Position numbers and translations under genes: made by a program. A stretch of DNA of 40,237 bases from an uncultured Bacillales bacterium. Its GTDB lineage: Bacteria > Bacillota_I > Bacilli_A > RFN20 > CAG-826. Location: positions 1-40,237 of the forward strand of contig CAMIVH010000001.1 of the NCBI GenBank assembly GCA_946401755.1, read 5' to 3'. Each line of letters starts with the position of its first letter. Within the stretch, counting starts at the first letter, position 1. Shown here piece by piece: positions 37,859 to 40,237 of this stretch. Under the pieces are notes generated by a model that had not been told where the DNA came from, searched no databases, and was given only the letters and a program-made list of their open reading frames with translations.

Positions 37859-38842
37859 ATGGATAAGATTGAAAAGAAACTCAGAAAACGTGGTATGCAG
37901 AAACTCGATAAGTTCGCGCATAATCCATATCATGTTGATAAACCTTCATTTTTCTCAAGAATTCCTTTATGGGGTAAAATTGCTATCCCTGCTTCTTTAG
38001 TGACCGCAGTAACGGTCGTGGCTTTCTTCGGCGTTATTAATGGTGTTGGTAGTTCAGCTTTTGCTAACAAAGCACCAGCATCAAGTAATAAAGGTGCGGC
38101 TTCCACTAGTGCGATAAATAAAGCTGGTAGTGAATCACAAGCGGATGTAACAAGCCTTAATCCTGGCGCATCAGTGACCCCTGCTTATAATAGATATTCA
38201 AGTCTTGCTTATAACGGCGCAGAATATTCACTTATGCCTGCTGGTGGAGAAGGCAAGAGTGGTTTAGGTGATGAACATTCGCTATCAATTACGCTTGGCA
38301 ATCTTCTTTATGAAACCACTAATCCAAAAAACGATGAAGTAATTAGTGTTTATGCTATCTCTGGCTACACACCAGATGCTTTTGTGGCCGCGAAATTCTC
38401 AACTGATCCAAGAACGTATGTTTGTTATAATCCAGAGTGCTCATTTGCCACAACAGGTAACTTATTAACCGATATCCCATTTGCCACTGATTTCTTTGCT
38501 ACTGGTCATATTGATGAATGTCAAATTAATTCAAGAAGAGTTACTATGTATTCACCTTATGTTTCTCAAACAATTAATTCCATTCTCTTTGATGAATTAG
38601 ATACAAGTATTCCAAATATCGCTTCTACATTCACTGAAGAAAATAGCCAAAAATATATTCTAATGAATTTTATGTCAGTGACATTCGAATATATGTGCTG
38701 CACTGTTAGAGTATATAATACAGGACATTTAGCCGTGGTGATGGAAAGAGCTTTCGTTTCTTTCGCAAATGTCTATTATATAGGTGTGGAAAGATATAAT
38801 TCCTTACTTGAGTACACTCATACTTTACAAATGCTTAAATAA
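37859..38842 (+). CDS. Single-pass membrane protein, putative anti-sigma factor / sensor (unknown ectodomain)
   Basis: Starts 1 nt after the sigma stop. Has a cytoplasmic N-terminus of about 40 aa, one TM helix (IAIPASLVTAVTVVAFFGVI), an S/A-rich linker and an extracytoplasmic domain of about 230 aa. No ZAS HxxxCxxC motif is visible. The functional call rests on context only. Confidence 0.5.
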   Translation: MDKIEKKLRKRGMQKLDKFAHNPYHVDKPSFFSRIPLWGKIAIPASLVTAVTVVAFFGVINGVGSSAFANKAPASSNKGAASTSAINKAGSESQADVTSLNPGASVTPAYNRYSSLAYNGAEYSLMPAGGEGKSGLGDEHSLSITLGNLLYETTNPKNDEVISVYAISGYTPDAFVAAKFSTDPRTYVCYNPECSFATTGNLLTDIPFATDFFATGHIDECQINSRRVTMYSPYVSQTINSILFDELDTSIPNIASTFTEENSQKYILMNFMSVTFEYMCCTVRVYNTGHLAVVMERAFVSFANVYYIGVERYNSLLEYTHTLQMLK

Positions 38843-38846
38843 AACG

Positions 38847-38855
38847 TGCTATAAT
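38847..38855 (+). promoter_or_regulatory. Extended -10 promoter element for plsX-acpP
   Basis: TGcTATAAT (38847-55), 25 nt upstream of the plsX ATG. There is no good -35 at 17-nt spacing. Confidence 0.4.
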
Positions 38856-38880
38856 ATCTTCCGTACAAAGGAAGTATATT

Positions 38881-39879
38881 ATGGAACAATATAAAATAGT
38901 TATCGATTTATTAGGCTCCGATAAAGGTCCAGAAACAGTCCTTTTAGGCGCCTCTTTAGCGTTAAAAGAATTTCCTAACTTATTTATCACCCTTGTCGGT
39001 CCCGAGACTCTCGTGAACGAAAAGAAGGATGAATTAGGTCTCGATACTTCTCGTATTAAAGTTATTAATGCGGAAGAAACAATTAGCAACTATGAAAACC
39101 CATATACTGGGATTATGAATAAAGCCAACGCTTCTTTAGTCTTAGCAATGAAAGAAGTGGGCAAAGAAGATGAGAACTACGCTGGTATGATTACCGCTGG
39201 TAACAGTGGTGCTATTCTCATGGGTAGTTTTAGATTCTTAAGTGATGAAAACAAAACAAGACCATGCATGGCCGCTGTTCTTCCTAACGGAAAGGGCGCA
39301 TATACCGCTTTAGTGGACACAGGAGCGACAATTGACTGTTCCGCTGGACAATTACACTCTTTCGCGCGTTTAGGCTCTGATTTGATGAAAAAGATGTATC
39401 AAATCGAATCTCCACGTGTCGCTTTGCTCTCCAATGGTGCGGAAGCCTCTAAAGGTAACCATTTAGTGAAAGAAACATATCCTCTTCTTAAAGAAGATAC
39501 TACTATTAACTTCATTGGTAATATTGAAGGCAACCAAACTTTAACGGGAGATTGTGATGTCATCGTTTGTGATGGTTTTGCGGGTAACCAAGTTCTTAAG
39601 AACGTTGAAGGTGTCGCTAGACAATTAATTACCGATATTGTCAAACTCTCTAAAAAGAGAGAAAGACCAGAATTCATGGAAGTTGCTCAATACTTAATGA
39701 AAACATATGATATCTCTGCTTTAGGTGGTGGTTTAGTGTTAGGCGCGCGCAAACTTATTATTAAAGCGCGTGGTAATTCTGATGAAAGAGCAATCGTTAA
39801 TATCTCTAGAATGATGTTAAATCACGCTAGTGGTGAAGCGGTCTTAACCAAAAAGGAAAGAGAGGATGCTCTTCGTTGA
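38881..39879 (+). CDS. plsX: Phosphate acyltransferase PlsX
   Basis: 332 aa with PlsX-family blocks (IVIDLLGSDKGPE, ITAGNSGA, DGFAGNQVLKNVEG, GGGLVLG...KARGNSD). Confidence 0.9.
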   Translation: MEQYKIVIDLLGSDKGPETVLLGASLALKEFPNLFITLVGPETLVNEKKDELGLDTSRIKVINAEETISNYENPYTGIMNKANASLVLAMKEVGKEDENYAGMITAGNSGAILMGSFRFLSDENKTRPCMAAVLPNGKGAYTALVDTGATIDCSAGQLHSFARLGSDLMKKMYQIESPRVALLSNGAEASKGNHLVKETYPLLKEDTTINFIGNIEGNQTLTGDCDVIVCDGFAGNQVLKNVEGVARQLITDIVKLSKKRERPEFMEVAQYLMKTYDISALGGGLVLGARKLIIKARGNSDERAIVNISRMMLNHASGEAVLTKKEREDALR

Positions 39880-39926
39880 TAGAAGTTTACTATTTTGGTA
39901 AACTATTAAAGTTGAGGTAAATAATC

Positions 39927-40151
39927 ATGTTAGAAAGATTAAAAGAATTAATGAAAAACGTTGATCCAGATCTTAATTTAGATAACGTTACTTTAGATAC
40001 CAAACTCGTGGATGATCTTCATTTTGACTCTTTAGGTATCATGATGTTTGCGATGGCCATCGAAGATGAATATGGTGTTTCATTTGATGAACCAATGAAC
40101 TTCGTCACTGTTAAAGACGTCGTTGATTATCTTGAAGCAAATAAAAAATAA
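39927..40151 (+). CDS. acpP: Acyl carrier protein
   Basis: 74 aa. The phosphopantetheine attachment motif DSL sits in LHFDSLGIMMFAMAIEDEYG. Lies downstream of plsX. Confidence 0.85.
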   Translation: MLERLKELMKNVDPDLNLDNVTLDTKLVDDLHFDSLGIMMFAMAIEDEYGVSFDEPMNFVTVKDVVDYLEANKK

Positions 40152-40171
40152 GATATCCATAAAAATAGAAT

Positions 40172-40198
40172 AAAGAGTCGATAAAACGGCTCTTTTTT
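40172..40198 (+). terminator. Rho-independent terminator after acpP
   Basis: Stem AAAGAGTCG / CGGCTCTTT with a 6-nt loop and one G.U pair, followed by T6. Confidence 0.65.
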
Positions 40199-40237
40199 CG
40201 TACTTCTTTAATTAAATCATATGTTATGCTTGAAATA

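Noticed and set aside
1-40237. CRISPR arrays, IS elements, prophage or integrase genes, tRNA or rRNA genes
   Set aside because: No regularly spaced direct repeats, transposase or integrase-like ORFs, or tRNA/rRNA-like GC-rich intergenic blocks were seen. All spacers longer than 100 nt were read individually.

Overview
This window is almost entirely core genome from a low-GC bacterium that uses the standard code (TGA is a stop, e.g. at the folC end). The lineage looks like Firmicutes/Mollicutes: it has an RNAP delta subunit, a ybxB-like methyltransferase between rplL and rpoB, and a Mollicutes-like L11 N-terminus. Erysipelotrichia or Acholeplasma-like is my guess, not proven. I call 37 CDS:
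- fhs (partial)
- a translationally coupled pair of fused ATPase-FtsX (MacB-type) ABC proteins
- a tightly packed ychF-ispF-argS-rpoE-nrnA-IMPase operon
- two lipoproteins, one carrying a tyrosine-phosphatase-family domain
- an aldo/keto reductase, glnS and a CarD-family regulator
- a HAD hydrolase plus sirtuin on the minus strand
- a Wzy_C-like/smpB/folC/folT/small-TM operon
- rpmG-secE-nusG
- an inverted ktrAB pair
- rplKA and rplJL-methyltransferase-rpoBC
- an ECF-type sigma factor plus a membrane partner
- plsX-acpP

rpmG (48 aa) is missing from the ORF track and was found by reading the DNA. Several track ORFs have 5' extensions that I trimmed to starts supported by a Shine-Dalgarno (SD) sequence. 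I saw no rRNA, tRNA, CRISPR, transposase, integrase or recognisable defence genes. I do not see a clear-cut novel multi-gene system. The best candidates for a second look are:
- the heterodimeric fused MacB-type ABC pair with very large ectodomains (984-5892)
- the lipid-anchored Y_phosphatase3-type phosphatase and its neighbouring lipoprotein (11411-14085)
- the GC-rich structured leader upstream of rplK (26705-26824)
- the ECF sigma/membrane-protein pair downstream of rpoC (37231-38842)
- two SD-sequestering terminator-like hairpins that abut start codons (954-986, 14121-14159)
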